Source of the DNA: Dehalococcoidia bacterium
GTDB taxonomy: Bacteria; Chloroflexota; Dehalococcoidia; Plut-88900
Reading direction: 5' to 3'
DNA length: 64,000 bases
Assembly (NCBI GenBank): GCA_965207225.1
Contig: CBDBLV010000005.1
Span: 1,088,001 to 1,152,000 of the forward strand
Below the pieces are notes generated by a model, which did no database searches, was not told where the DNA came from, and saw nothing but the letters and a program-made list of their open reading frames with translations. Position 1 is the first letter of the stretch; every line of letters begins with the position of its first letter. Of this stretch, positions 50,720-60,328 are shown piece after piece. A program made the translations under genes and the position numbers.

Positions 50720-52300
50720 ATGGCCTACAAGGAGGTACTCAGAGTGGAGATAGAAGAAGTCATCCGGCGCTGGCAGGCTGGAGAGAGCCAGCGCCACATA
50801 GCGACTGGGACGGGCCTGTCCCGGAACACGGTGGTCAAATACATCTCCTCGGCGGAGAGGTTGGGGCTGTCCCGGGACGGACCGGGTCCCAGCGAGGAGC
50901 AGCTGAGCAAGCTGGCGGCCATCGGCCGTGCGGGACCGCGGCAGACCAAGATGCCCATAGAGGAGAGGCTGTCCCCCTGGGCCGACCAGATTCAGCAGTG
51001 GCTCATCGGGGACCGGCTGCAACTGACCCGCATCCGGGAGTTGCTCTTGGAGCGGGGCTGCGATGTGCCCTATTCGTCGTTACAGCGCTTCGTGGCCCGC
51101 CGCAACTGGCGAGGCCGCAGTCTTCGGACGGTGCGGATGGAGGAGAGTCCTCCGGGCGAGGTGGCGGAGCTGGACTTCGGTCGGCTGGGGCCGCTGGAGG
51201 ACCCGGAGACGGGACGCCGCCGGACGGTGTGGGCGCTGATCGTGGTGCTGGCCTACTCGCGGCACAGCTTCGTCTGGCCCACCCACGGGCAGAAGCTGGA
51301 GGACGTGGTCGCCGGACTGGAGGCGGCCTGGGCTTTCTTCGACGGCATACCCAAGTACCTGGTCATCGACAACTTCCCGGCGGCGGTGGCCGGGGCCGAC
51401 GCCCTGCACCCCAGGCTGACCAGGGGCTTCCTGGAGTACTCGCAGCGCCGGGGCTTCATCACCGACCCGGCCCGGGTGCGCCACCCCAGGGATAAGCCCA
51501 AGGTGGAGCGGGGAGTCCAGTACGTGAGAGAGCGCTTCTTCAAGGGAGCCTCCTTCAGGGACCTGCCTCACATGCGGAAGGAAGCGCTCCACTGGTGCCG
51601 TGAGGTGGCCGGACAGCGGGTGCACGGCACCACCAGGCGCAAGCCCGTGGAGGTCTTCGACACAGAGGAGCGCCAGACGTTGCTGCCCTGGGACGGCGAT
51701 CCCTACGAGGTTACCCGCTGGCGCAACGCCAAGGTGCAGCGCGACCACCACGTGACCTGCCAGCACGCCCTCTACTCGGTGCCGTCGGCCCTGTGCCCTC
51801 CGGGGCAGCAGGTGGAGATCGCGCTGGACAGCAAGCTGGTGCGCATCTACCACCGGGGCAAGCTGATCAAGGTCCATCCCCGTCAGCCCAGGGGCAAACG
51901 CTCCACCGACACCGACGACTACCCAAAGGAGTTCATCGCCTACACCCTGCGAGGGCCCGACAAGATCAAGCAGAGCGCGGCGGAGCTGGGAGAGGCGGTG
52001 GCCGCCTTCGCCGACCGGCTCTTCGAAGGCCCCACGCCTTGGGCCAAGGTGCGGCAGGGACACAAGCTGCTCCGCCTCGCCCAGCGCTACACCCCCGACC
52101 GGCTGAACGACGCCTGCCGCAAGGCCTTGGACGTGGACCTCATCGACGTGCACCGCGTCGAGCGCATCCTGGTTGAAGCCCTGGAGCAGCAGGATGCGCC
52201 GCCCCTTGCCGACCTCATACCGCCGGGGCGCTTCGCCAGGCCCGGCTCCGTCTTCGCCCTGGTCAACGGCCATCACCCAACCGAAGGAGTTACGCTATGA
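50720..52300 (+). CDS. istA: IS21 transposase
   Basis: N-terminal HTH, PGEVAELDFG, YSR, DN, P.DKPKVER, YSVP. Confidence 0.95.
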   Translation: MAYKEVLRVEIEEVIRRWQAGESQRHIATGTGLSRNTVVKYISSAERLGLSRDGPGPSEEQLSKLAAIGRAGPRQTKMPIEERLSPWADQIQQWLIGDRLQLTRIRELLLERGCDVPYSSLQRFVARRNWRGRSLRTVRMEESPPGEVAELDFGRLGPLEDPETGRRRTVWALIVVLAYSRHSFVWPTHGQKLEDVVAGLEAAWAFFDGIPKYLVIDNFPAAVAGADALHPRLTRGFLEYSQRRGFITDPARVRHPRDKPKVERGVQYVRERFFKGASFRDLPHMRKEALHWCREVAGQRVHGTTRRKPVEVFDTEERQTLLPWDGDPYEVTRWRNAKVQRDHHVTCQHALYSVPSALCPPGQQVEIALDSKLVRIYHRGKLIKVHPRQPRGKRSTDTDDYPKEFIAYTLRGPDKIKQSAAELGEAVAAFADRLFEGPTPWAKVRQGHKLLRLAQRYTPDRLNDACRKALDVDLIDVHRVERILVEALEQQDAPPLADLIPPGRFARPGSVFALVNGHHPTEGVTL

Positions 52301-53091
52301 CCCGCAACCGCAACGTCGATCTGGCCCCGCTGCTCAAGACCCTCAAGCTCAGCGGCATGCTGGACACCCTGCCCGAGCGCATCGCCCTGGCCCGAAGGGA
52401 CCAGTTGGACTATGCCGCCTTCCTGGAGATCATCCTAGCCGACGAGGTCAGCCGCAGGGAGAACCGGCGCATCGAGACCCGCCTGAACCGGGCCGGCTTC
52501 GAGGAGACCTGCCGCCTGGAGGACTTCGACTGGACGTCCGAAATCACCCTGGACCGCCGCCTCCTTGACGCCGCCTTCTCCCTGGACTTCATCCCCAGGC
52601 ACGAGCACGTCCTGCTCATGGGACCGGCGGGCGTCGGCAAGAGCTTCCTGGCCCAGGCCCTCGGCTACGCCGCCGTCAGAGCCGGATACTCCGTCCGCTT
52701 CATCCACGCATACGACTTCTTCAAAGCCATGTCCCAAGCCAGGGTGGACAACTCGGTGGACAAAGCCTTCCGCTCCTTCCTCTCCCCCGACCTGCTCATC
52801 CTCGACGACCTGGGCCTGCACCGTCTCAACGCACAACAGTCATCGGACCTCTACCAGCTCATCGTCGGCAAGCATCGGGCCTCCAGCTTCGTCATCACCT
52901 CCAACCGCGCCATCGAGGAGTGGCTCGGCCTCTTCAACGATCCCATCCTGGGCAACAGCGCCCTGGACCGTCTGGCCAACACCAGCTACCAGATCGTCAT
53001 CGAGGGCACCAGCTACCGGGAGAGGCTCTCTCCTCACCGCGCCCTACTGGGCAAAGTGGCCAAAATCCTCGGCAAGAAGGGAGGTGATTGA
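52297..53091 (+). CDS. istB: IS21 helper ATPase
   Basis: LEDFDW, GPAGVGKS, LLILDDLG, TSNR, ALDRL. Confidence 0.95.
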   Translation: MTRNRNVDLAPLLKTLKLSGMLDTLPERIALARRDQLDYAAFLEIILADEVSRRENRRIETRLNRAGFEETCRLEDFDWTSEITLDRRLLDAAFSLDFIPRHEHVLLMGPAGVGKSFLAQALGYAAVRAGYSVRFIHAYDFFKAMSQARVDNSVDKAFRSFLSPDLLILDDLGLHRLNAQQSSDLYQLIVGKHRASSFVITSNRAIEEWLGLFNDPILGNSALDRLANTSYQIVIEGTSYRERLSPHRALLGKVAKILGKKGGD

Positions 53092-53505
53092 ACCGCCGAT
53101 AGCATCCTGTCATAATCCGTATCATCGGCGTTCAGGGTGGCTCAATGTTCGTGGGTAACCTGGCTCAAAGATCTTGGGTAACGACAATGGGACACCGTTG
53201 GCGCCCTTCGACATCGAGGAGCAGACCCGAATCGTATTCGAGAACGTGCGGACTGTGCTGGGGGAGGTCGGGGCGGAGATGAAGGACATAGTGAAGCTGA
53301 ACACGTATTACGTGGACGACTCCAAGGGTGACGAGTCGAGGAAGTTCTGGGAGAAGATGACCCACGTGAGGAACAAGTACATCCCGAGCCCCGGGCCTGC
53401 GGCGACGGCAGTGAAGGTGGCGGGGCTGGCGTACGACGGCCTGGTTATCGAGGTGGAGGCGATTGCGATAGTGGATGAGTAGGCCTCGAGACACAGGGGT
53501 GAAAC

Positions 53506-54660
53506 ATGAGAAACAGCGCTGAGGCGGTGATCATCGGGGGTGGGGTTAACGGGTGCAGCATCTGCTACAACCTGGCCGAACGGGGGGTGAAGGCGCCAAT
53601 CCTGGTGGAGCGGTCCAGCCTGGGGGCGGGTTCTACGGGGAGGTCGTCGGGGGTGAGCACGGGGTTCAGCCTCCTGCTGTTCACGCAGCAGAGCGCCTTT
53701 AGCGACACCATTCCCCGGCTGGCGAAGGTGGGACAGGACATACTGCGCAACTTCGAGGAGATCATTGGGGTGGACGCGGGGTATACGGAGACGGGGGTGC
53801 TGTTTCTCGGGGGGAAAGAAGTGGAAGAGCCGGTGGAGGCGAGCTTTGCACTGATCAGAGAGCTCGGGTTTGAGGGAGGGACTATCGGTCGGGAGGAGGC
53901 AAAGGAGTTCGCGCCTTACCTGGAGCTTGACGATATCGACTGCATAGGACTGGAACCCCACGCCGGGTACGCGGACCCGCCGGCGGTGGCGCAGGGATAT
54001 GCGTCGGCGGCAGGGAGGCTGGGCGCCGAGATCGTGCTGGGGAATGCGGCGCTGGACGTGGAGATAGAGGGAGGTCGGGTGAGGGGGGTGGTGACGGAGC
54101 AGGGGAGGATAGAGACGGACACGGCGATAGTGGTCGGGGGGCCATGGGGAGGGCAGCTGATGGCGAAGCTGGGATTCCCGGTCCCATTCAGGCCAACGAG
54201 GCACGAGGTCTTCTTCCTGAAGCGCGGGCCAGGGGCGCCCTCGGGGCACGCGGTAGTCTTCGACCTTCCCAGCCTGACGTACTTCCGCCAGGAAAGCCCC
54301 GACCTGACGCTGGTGGGGGACGTGGAGCACGACGATACGGCGGAGCCGGACAACTTCGAGCAGGGTACGGATATGTCGCTGACTAGGTCGACCTGGCAGA
54401 AGGTCGCCCACCGGATGCCGTCCCTAGCGGACGCGGAGCTGTTCACGAGCTATGCGGGGATGTACACGGAGACGCCGGACGGCTACCCGGTAATCGACAG
54501 GGTGGGCGGGGTGGAGGGGTTGTACCTGGTGGGAGCGTTCAACGGGTACGGGTTCAAGATATCGCCAGCGGTGGGGATAGTGGTTGCGGAGATGGTGACG
54601 GAGGGGGAGTCGAGGACAGTGGACGTTAGCTCGCTGGGGGTGGGGAGGTTTGGGGGGTAG
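53506..54660 (+). CDS. FAD-dependent oxidoreductase (DAO / sarcosine oxidase beta family)
   Basis: IIGGGVNG, GSTGRSSG, TPDGYPVI, GYGFKISPAVG. Confidence 0.9.
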   Translation: MRNSAEAVIIGGGVNGCSICYNLAERGVKAPILVERSSLGAGSTGRSSGVSTGFSLLLFTQQSAFSDTIPRLAKVGQDILRNFEEIIGVDAGYTETGVLFLGGKEVEEPVEASFALIRELGFEGGTIGREEAKEFAPYLELDDIDCIGLEPHAGYADPPAVAQGYASAAGRLGAEIVLGNAALDVEIEGGRVRGVVTEQGRIETDTAIVVGGPWGGQLMAKLGFPVPFRPTRHEVFFLKRGPGAPSGHAVVFDLPSLTYFRQESPDLTLVGDVEHDDTAEPDNFEQGTDMSLTRSTWQKVAHRMPSLADAELFTSYAGMYTETPDGYPVIDRVGGVEGLYLVGAFNGYGFKISPAVGIVVAEMVTEGESRTVDVSSLGVGRFGG

Positions 54661-54914
54661 GGTGTAGGTGGACGACCCCTCCCCATTCCGCTCTTGAGAC
54701 TCCCTCGAGGGATTCGGGGCAGGCTGGAGTCGGGAATGACAGTTATGCAAAGGCAGCGGAGTAGTCGGGACAAGCCAAACCGGCTTTGCAGCCTTGACAT
54801 ATCCAAGATGGGATTACATCATTGTTTTACCGAGTCTCTCAGAAGGTGTGACGTAGCATCTTTGTAATCTGCACTCGATGGGGCCAACTACTACTCAAGA
54901 AGGGAGAACGGGCA

Positions 54915-55046
54915 ATGGAACTCCTGATAATCGTTGCGGCGGTGCTGATAATTCTCTTCTTGTTGTTCAGAAAGTGGTACACGTTTTCTGACGACCTGGG
55001 GATTCCGTACGTAGAGGACGAAAAGGACTCCGATCGCAAATATTGA
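54915..55046 (+). CDS. Small single-pass membrane protein (43 aa), not in the ORF track
   Basis: MELLIIVAAVLIILFLLFRKWYTFSDDLGIPYVEDEKDSDRKY with AAGGGAG RBS, upstream TTGACA and downstream terminator. Confidence 0.6.
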   Translation: MELLIIVAAVLIILFLLFRKWYTFSDDLGIPYVEDEKDSDRKY

Positions 55047-55091
55047 ATTAGTGGGGCCGGGACCAAGCTTCCGGCGCAAGGATTCGAGTAA

Positions 55092-55129
55092 AGGAGACGA
55101 GGCCAGGATGGCTCGTCTCTTTTAGTTTT
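55092..55129 (+). terminator. Putative intrinsic terminator
   Basis: GAGACGAGGCC-AGGAT-GGCTCGTCTC stem followed by TTTTAGTTTT. Confidence 0.55.
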
Positions 55130-55203
55130 GATGTCAGCCAAGTGCCCTTTCACTTTGGGTACATAAAAGAGAAAGTCGCAGCCAGCAGTAAGAGAGGTGA
55201 GTT

Positions 55204-56370
55204 ATGAGGGGCACTGCAGAAGCCGTAATAATCGGGGGTGGACTTGCAGGGACGAGCATTTGCTTCAACCTGGCGTCGCGGGGGGTCAAGGATACGGTGC
55301 TGCTGGAGAAGGAGGGGCTGGGGGCAGGGTCGACGGGGAAGTCGTCGGGGGTCAGCACGGGGTTCAGCCTTTTGCTGTTCACGCACGGCAGCGAGAGCGC
55401 ATTGCCGATATCGCTGATGGCCAAAGAAGGTCGAAAGTGGTTCAGGAATTTCAAGGAGCTGGTGGGGGCGGAGTCGGGGTGGAGGGAAGTAGGCGTGTTA
55501 TTTCTTTCGGGAGAGGAGTATGCACCGGCATTAAGGTCGGGTTTCGCCAAGGCGCGGGAACTGGGCTTCGAGAATAAGGAGTTAAGCCGAGAAGATCTGA
55601 AAGAGATAGTGCCAGACCTTGAACCCATTGACGTCGACTTCATGGGCTTCGAGCCACGATCCGGGTTTGGGGACCCGCCGGGTGTAGCGCAGGGTTTTGC
55701 CTCGGCGGCGGGGGGGATGGGGGCGGAGATATCGCTGGGGAACGGGGCGTTGGACGTGGAGATAGAGGGGGGCCGGGTGAGGGGGGTGGTAAGCGAGAAG
55801 GGTCGGATAGCCACTGATACGGTAGTCGTGGCAGGGGGGCCGTGGAATGGCGGGCTGATGAAGAAACTGGGCTACGACCTGCCCCTGCAACCCACCAGGC
55901 ATGAAGTGTTCGTCCTGAAGAAAGGGCCCAAGACACCGGTCACGCATCCGGTAATCTTCGACCTGGTAGAAATGACCTACATGCGGGAGGAGAGCCCCGA
56001 CCTGATGCTGGGAGGGGACATACAGAAGGACGAGCACGTAAACGACCCCGAGAATTTCGACCAGGGGACTACCATGGAGCAGACTCAGAGGATCTGGGGA
56101 AGGCTGAGTTCCCTAATGCCGTCGCTGGCAGATGCCGAGCTGTTTACCGGTTTCTCGGGGCTGTACACAAACACGCCGGACAATCTGCCGATCCTGGGCA
56201 AGGTGGATGGCGTGGACGGGCTGTACTTCGCCGGCGGTTTCAACGGGTACGGGTTCAAGCTGTCACCAGCCGTGGGAATCGTGATGGCCGAGCTGATCAC
56301 GGAGGGTGAGGCGAAGCTGGCGGATATCAGCTCGTTGGGGCTGGGGAGATTTGCGGGGGTGAGGGCTTAG
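55204..56370 (+). CDS. FAD-dependent oxidoreductase, tandem paralog
   Basis: Paralog of 53506-54660. Confidence 0.9.
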   Translation: MRGTAEAVIIGGGLAGTSICFNLASRGVKDTVLLEKEGLGAGSTGKSSGVSTGFSLLLFTHGSESALPISLMAKEGRKWFRNFKELVGAESGWREVGVLFLSGEEYAPALRSGFAKARELGFENKELSREDLKEIVPDLEPIDVDFMGFEPRSGFGDPPGVAQGFASAAGGMGAEISLGNGALDVEIEGGRVRGVVSEKGRIATDTVVVAGGPWNGGLMKKLGYDLPLQPTRHEVFVLKKGPKTPVTHPVIFDLVEMTYMREESPDLMLGGDIQKDEHVNDPENFDQGTTMEQTQRIWGRLSSLMPSLADAELFTGFSGLYTNTPDNLPILGKVDGVDGLYFAGGFNGYGFKLSPAVGIVMAELITEGEAKLADISSLGLGRFAGVRA

Positions 56371-56474
56371 GGGGTATTGGATTCACCCTCACCCTAGCCC
56401 TCTCCCGTCAAGGGAGAGGGGACTGGACACTTCCCCCGACCTCTCGCAGGGCCTCGGGATGACAGTTGGTGGGG

Positions 56475-57935
56475 TTACCAGTGGAGGTCGGGGTGGCGGG
56501 CGGCCTGGGCTTCGTCCAGGCGGGAGACGGGGGTGGTGTGGGGGGCGGTGTTGACGAGGTCGGGGTCGGTCTCCGACTCACGGGCGATGGCTTTCATGGC
56601 GTCGACAAAGGCGTCCAGTGTTCGCTTGCTCTCGCACTCGGTGGGTTCGATCATTAGGGCCTCGGGGACGACCTGGGGGAAATACATGGTCGGGGGGTGG
56701 AAGCCGTAGTCCATGAGGCGCTTGGAGATGTCGAGGGCGCGGACTCCGAGGGCCTTCTGCCTTGAGGCCGAGAACACGGCCTCGTGCATGCAGGTGCGTT
56801 TGTGAGGCAGCAGGTAGTCCTCCTGGAGTCGGGTGGAGAGGTAGTTGGCGTTGAGGACGGCGTTTTCGCTGATCTCCCTCATACCGGGGGCCCCGAGTAG
56901 CCGGATGTAGGCGTAGGCCCTTAGCACGACGCCGAAGTTGCAGTGGAAGGCGCTGATCTTGCCGATGGACTTGGAGGGCCGACCGAGCCTGTATTGCGGG
57001 CCAGATACGGAATCGTCCTTGTAGACGACGGGTGCTGGGAGGTAGTCGGCGAGGGAGTCGGCGGCGCAGACGGGCCCGGCGCCCGGGCCTCCGCCGCCGT
57101 GGGGTGTACTGAAGGTCTTGTGCAGGTTGGAGTGGACCACATCGAAGCCGAGGTCGCCGAAACGGACACGTCCGAGGATGGCGTTGAAGTTGGCACCGTC
57201 GCCGTAGACCAGGGCCCCGGCATCGTGGATGGCGTTGCAGATATCGAGGATGCGGGGGTTGAAGAGGCCGAGGGTGCTGGGAAGGGTGAGCATGAGGCCA
57301 GCGGTCTCGGGGCCGGCGAGCTCTTTGAGGGCTTCGACGTCGAGGTTTCCCTGGGAGTCGGAGGGGGCGGTGACGACCTCGTAGCCGCACATCTTGGCGG
57401 AGGCGGCGTTGGTGCCGTGGGCGGTGTCGGGGATGAGGACTTTCTTCCGGGTCTCCCCTTCGCCGTGTTCCTCGTGGTAGGCGCGGATCATGAGAAGACC
57501 GGCCATCTCGCCGTGCGCCCCAGCGAGGGGGGCCAGGCTGACGGCACTGGCGCCTGTGATCTCGGCGAGGAGGTCCTGGAGCCCGTGCATGATGGCAAGG
57601 GCGCCCTGCGTGGACTCGGGGGGCTGGAGGGGGTGGACCTGGGCGAAACCCGGGAGCCGGGCGACCTCCTCGTGCCACTTGGGGTTGTACTTCATGGTGC
57701 AGCTGCCCAGGGGATAGAAGCCGGTGTCGATGCCGAAGTTGAGCTTGCTGAGGCCAGTGAAGTAGCGGACGAGGCCCAATTCCCCGATTTCGGGGATGTC
57801 CAGATCGCCGCGGAGGAGGGCGTCGTCCGGCAAGTCTGAGGCGGGGACGTCAAGCTCGGGGAGGGTTGTGCCACGGGCTCCGGGGGAGTCGAGGTCCATG
57901 AGGGTGGGGCGGTTGGGTGGGGTGGGGGTGGTCAT
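56475..57935 (-). CDS. gcvPB: Glycine dehydrogenase subunit 2
   Basis: YPLGSCTMKYNP, NLHKTFSTPHGGGGPG, ALMIEPTE. Confidence 0.97.
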   Translation of the reverse strand: MTTPTPPNRPTLMDLDSPGARGTTLPELDVPASDLPDDALLRGDLDIPEIGELGLVRYFTGLSKLNFGIDTGFYPLGSCTMKYNPKWHEEVARLPGFAQVHPLQPPESTQGALAIMHGLQDLLAEITGASAVSLAPLAGAHGEMAGLLMIRAYHEEHGEGETRKKVLIPDTAHGTNAASAKMCGYEVVTAPSDSQGNLDVEALKELAGPETAGLMLTLPSTLGLFNPRILDICNAIHDAGALVYGDGANFNAILGRVRFGDLGFDVVHSNLHKTFSTPHGGGGPGAGPVCAADSLADYLPAPVVYKDDSVSGPQYRLGRPSKSIGKISAFHCNFGVVLRAYAYIRLLGAPGMREISENAVLNANYLSTRLQEDYLLPHKRTCMHEAVFSASRQKALGVRALDISKRLMDYGFHPPTMYFPQVVPEALMIEPTECESKRTLDAFVDAMKAIARESETDPDLVNTAPHTTPVSRLDEAQAARHPDLHW

Positions 57936-57937
57936 GG

Positions 57938-59245
57938 CTAGGCCAAGTCCTTGAGGGCGTCGACGAGGCGGTCTATCTGGTCTCGGGTGTTGGTTTCGGT
58001 GGTGCAGAGGAGCATTCCGTTGGGGATGGAGTCGCTGACGTCGAGGCCGCCGATGATTTGGGAGTCGAGGAGGACAGCGTTGATCTCGGAGGGGGCCCTG
58101 GGGCATTGGACGACGAATTCGCGGAAGAAGGGGCCTTCGAGAGGCAGGGAGTAGCCGGGCAGTTCGGCGATTTGGGAGGCGGCGTAGTGGGCCTTGTGGT
58201 AACAGAGCCGGGCGACGTGGGCCAGACCCTTAGGGCCAACGGCAGTGAGATATGCGGTGGATGCGAGGGCGACGAGGGCTTCGCTGGTGCAGATGTTGGA
58301 GGTGGCGGTCTGGCGTCGGATGTGCTGCTCGCGGGTCTGGAGGGTGAGGACGTAGCCCTCCCGGCCCTGGTCATCGGTGGTCTTGCCGACGATGCGTCCG
58401 GGCATCTGGCGCAGGTGTCGGGTCTTGGCGGCGAAGAGGCCGACATAAGGGCCCCCGAAGGTGGTGGGTGAGCCAATGGTCTGGCCTTCGCCGACGACGA
58501 TGTCGGCGCCGTAGTCTCCGGGGGACTTGAACATGGCGAGGGCCACGGGGTCGGCGGAGACTACGAGGAGGGCCTTGGCCTCGTGGGTGGCATCGGCGCA
58601 GGAGGAGAGGGAGTTGATACGGCCGTAGAAGTCGGGGTACTGGGCAATGACGCAGGCATCGGCGTCGGTGACAGCGAGGGAGTCGGGGGAGAGGACGGAC
58701 ATGCCGATGCCCTGGGGCCGCATGTAGTGGGCTATGACGTCACGGTAGATGGGGGACACGGTGTCTAGCACAACCACGTTGCTGCGGCGGGTGAGTCGGC
58801 AGGCCATGAGTGCGGCCTCGGCGAGGGCGGTGGAGCCGTCATACATACCGGCGTTGGCAACGTCCATGCCCGTGAGGTGGCAGACCATGGACTGGAAGTC
58901 GTAGGTGGTCTGGAGAGTGCCCTGGCTAATCTCGGCCTGGTAGGGTGTGTAGGAGGTGTAGAACTCACTGCGGCCCGTGACGTGACGGACTACACTGGGG
59001 ATGTAGTGGTTGTAAGAACCCGCACCCAAGAAGCAGGCGGAGTCTTCCAAGTTGGCGTTCTGAAGGGAGAGGGCGCGTAACTCTCGAATCAGTTCCAATT
59101 CGGAGAGGGGGGCGGGGAGGTTGAGGTCGGGGTCCCGGTGGGGCTGGGGGATTTCAAAGAACAGGTCTGCGGCGGAGGCTACGCCGGTGGCCTCCAACAT
59201 AGCCTGGCGGTCGGCGTCGGTGTTGGAGATGTAGGGAGATGACAT
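57938..59245 (-). CDS. gcvPA: Glycine dehydrogenase subunit 1
   Basis: FLGAGSY, YTPYQAEISQG, TREQHIRR..ATSNICT. Confidence 0.97.
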   Translation of the reverse strand: MSSPYISNTDADRQAMLEATGVASAADLFFEIPQPHRDPDLNLPAPLSELELIRELRALSLQNANLEDSACFLGAGSYNHYIPSVVRHVTGRSEFYTSYTPYQAEISQGTLQTTYDFQSMVCHLTGMDVANAGMYDGSTALAEAALMACRLTRRSNVVVLDTVSPIYRDVIAHYMRPQGIGMSVLSPDSLAVTDADACVIAQYPDFYGRINSLSSCADATHEAKALLVVSADPVALAMFKSPGDYGADIVVGEGQTIGSPTTFGGPYVGLFAAKTRHLRQMPGRIVGKTTDDQGREGYVLTLQTREQHIRRQTATSNICTSEALVALASTAYLTAVGPKGLAHVARLCYHKAHYAASQIAELPGYSLPLEGPFFREFVVQCPRAPSEINAVLLDSQIIGGLDVSDSIPNGMLLCTTETNTRDQIDRLVDALKDLA

Positions 59246-59265
59246 GAGGGGTAGAAGTGGGTCGG

Positions 59266-59652
59266 CTAGGCTTCCTCGGCGATCAGGGCTTCGTACTGGT
59301 CGGAGGTCATCAGGTGGTCGAGTTCTGAGGCGTCGGAGAGGCGGACTCTCAGCATCCAGCCGCCGCCGTAGGGCTCCTCGTTGACAAGCTCGGGCCGGTC
59401 CTGAAGCTCCGTGTTTATCTCCAGGACTTCGCCGCTGATGGGGGCGAAGAGCTCGGAGACGGCCTTGGGGGACTCGATTTCACCAAAGGACTTGAACTGC
59501 TCCAGGTTTGCGAGGTCGTCGGGGAAGTAGACGAAAACGATGTCGCCTAGCTGCTCCTGGGCGAAGTGGGTGATGCCGACGAGGGCCTCGTCGTCCGACT
59601 CCACCTTGACCCACTCGTGCTCTCTGGAGTACTTGAGATCATCAGGATTCAT
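59266..59652 (-). CDS. gcvH: Glycine cleavage H protein
   Basis: YSREHEW, GIT.FAQEQLGD, IESPKAVSE lipoyl site, PYGGGW. Confidence 0.96.
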   Translation of the reverse strand: MNPDDLKYSREHEWVKVESDDEALVGITHFAQEQLGDIVFVYFPDDLANLEQFKSFGEIESPKAVSELFAPISGEVLEINTELQDRPELVNEEPYGGGWMLRVRLSDASELDHLMTSDQYEALIAEEA

Positions 59653-59799
59653 CTTCACATCACCTCGACAAGCCGCGCGGAGGAGGGTACGCGGGGCATC
59701 AATGTCATTCTGCGCCAAATGGCAGGAAACATCAAGGGGCTAGGAGTCGGGGCGGGGGCGGCGGTAGAAGGGTGTGGGGATCAGCGATCTCCTCTAACT

Positions 59800-60054
59800 C
59801 TACCGGCTAATCACGCGTATGTACTCATCATGGTCACCAATCCAGAACCAAAAGAAGTCCCCCGCTTCTCTGACTGCCACCGCGCGGTAGGAAGCCCCCA
59901 CGCGAGCCGACCAGTAGCGCCCAACATTTCTGAACCGCAACGAAGGATGTTGGGGGTTCGCCTTGAGGAGATCGAAGTTCCGATGAGCAATCCGTTGAAC
60001 CGATTCGGGCAGTTCCCGGAGGAGCTGACGAAAGCGCGGGTCAGTCCGGTGCAC
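59800..60054 (-). CDS. RelE/ParE-superfamily toxin
   Basis: F..L..LP..VQ..A...F.LLK.NPQHPSLRF..V...WSARVG..YRA...WFWIG.HDEY. Confidence 0.85.
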   Translation of the reverse strand: MHRTDPRFRQLLRELPESVQRIAHRNFDLLKANPQHPSLRFRNVGRYWSARVGASYRAVAVREAGDFFWFWIGDHDEYIRVISR

Positions 60055-60252
60055 CTACAGGGCCTCAAGCTGGCCCTTAGCTTTTGCCTCCAGAGCTTTG
60101 GCTGCCATGGCGTCCAGCCTACCGGCTCGGACATCCCGATCAAACTCCTGCTCCCAACGCTCCCAGTCCTGGTCCCGAAGCCAGCGTACCAGTTCCGCGT
60201 AGTCAGTGTCGGACAGGTCCAGGATGGCTTGTTGCAGTTCCGTCACCTTCAT
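60055..60252 (-). CDS. Putative antitoxin
   Basis: MKVTELQQAI..LS..DY..L..W...DWERW...D...GRLD directly upstream of the toxin. Confidence 0.8.
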   Translation of the reverse strand: MKVTELQQAILDLSDTDYAELVRWLRDQDWERWEQEFDRDVRAGRLDAMAAKALEAKAKGQLEAL

Positions 60253-60328
60253 CGTCGTTTCCTCTGGTTGAGCACTCCAAGGCAATTGTACCGGAATCTC
60301 TGGCTCACAAACGAATTGGAACACATTA

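Larger units (their letters stand above)
50597..53186 (+). mobile_element. Complete IS21-family element
   Basis: TGTC...GACA ends; IRs TGTCAATACCCAGGAACATTGAGCCA / TGTCGTTACCCAAGATCTTTGAGCCA; repeated TTGAGCCA boxes; ATGG target duplication at 50593-50596 and 53187-53190. Confidence 0.95.
50472..53482 (+). pseudogene. RidA/YjgF family gene interrupted by IS21
   Basis: MDKIRIMPKGHWYWSMPVPFSQGWKVGKMVFVGGQIAADEHG joins in frame to TPLAPFDIEEQT...VIEVEAIA once the IS and one ATGG copy are removed. Confidence 0.9.
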
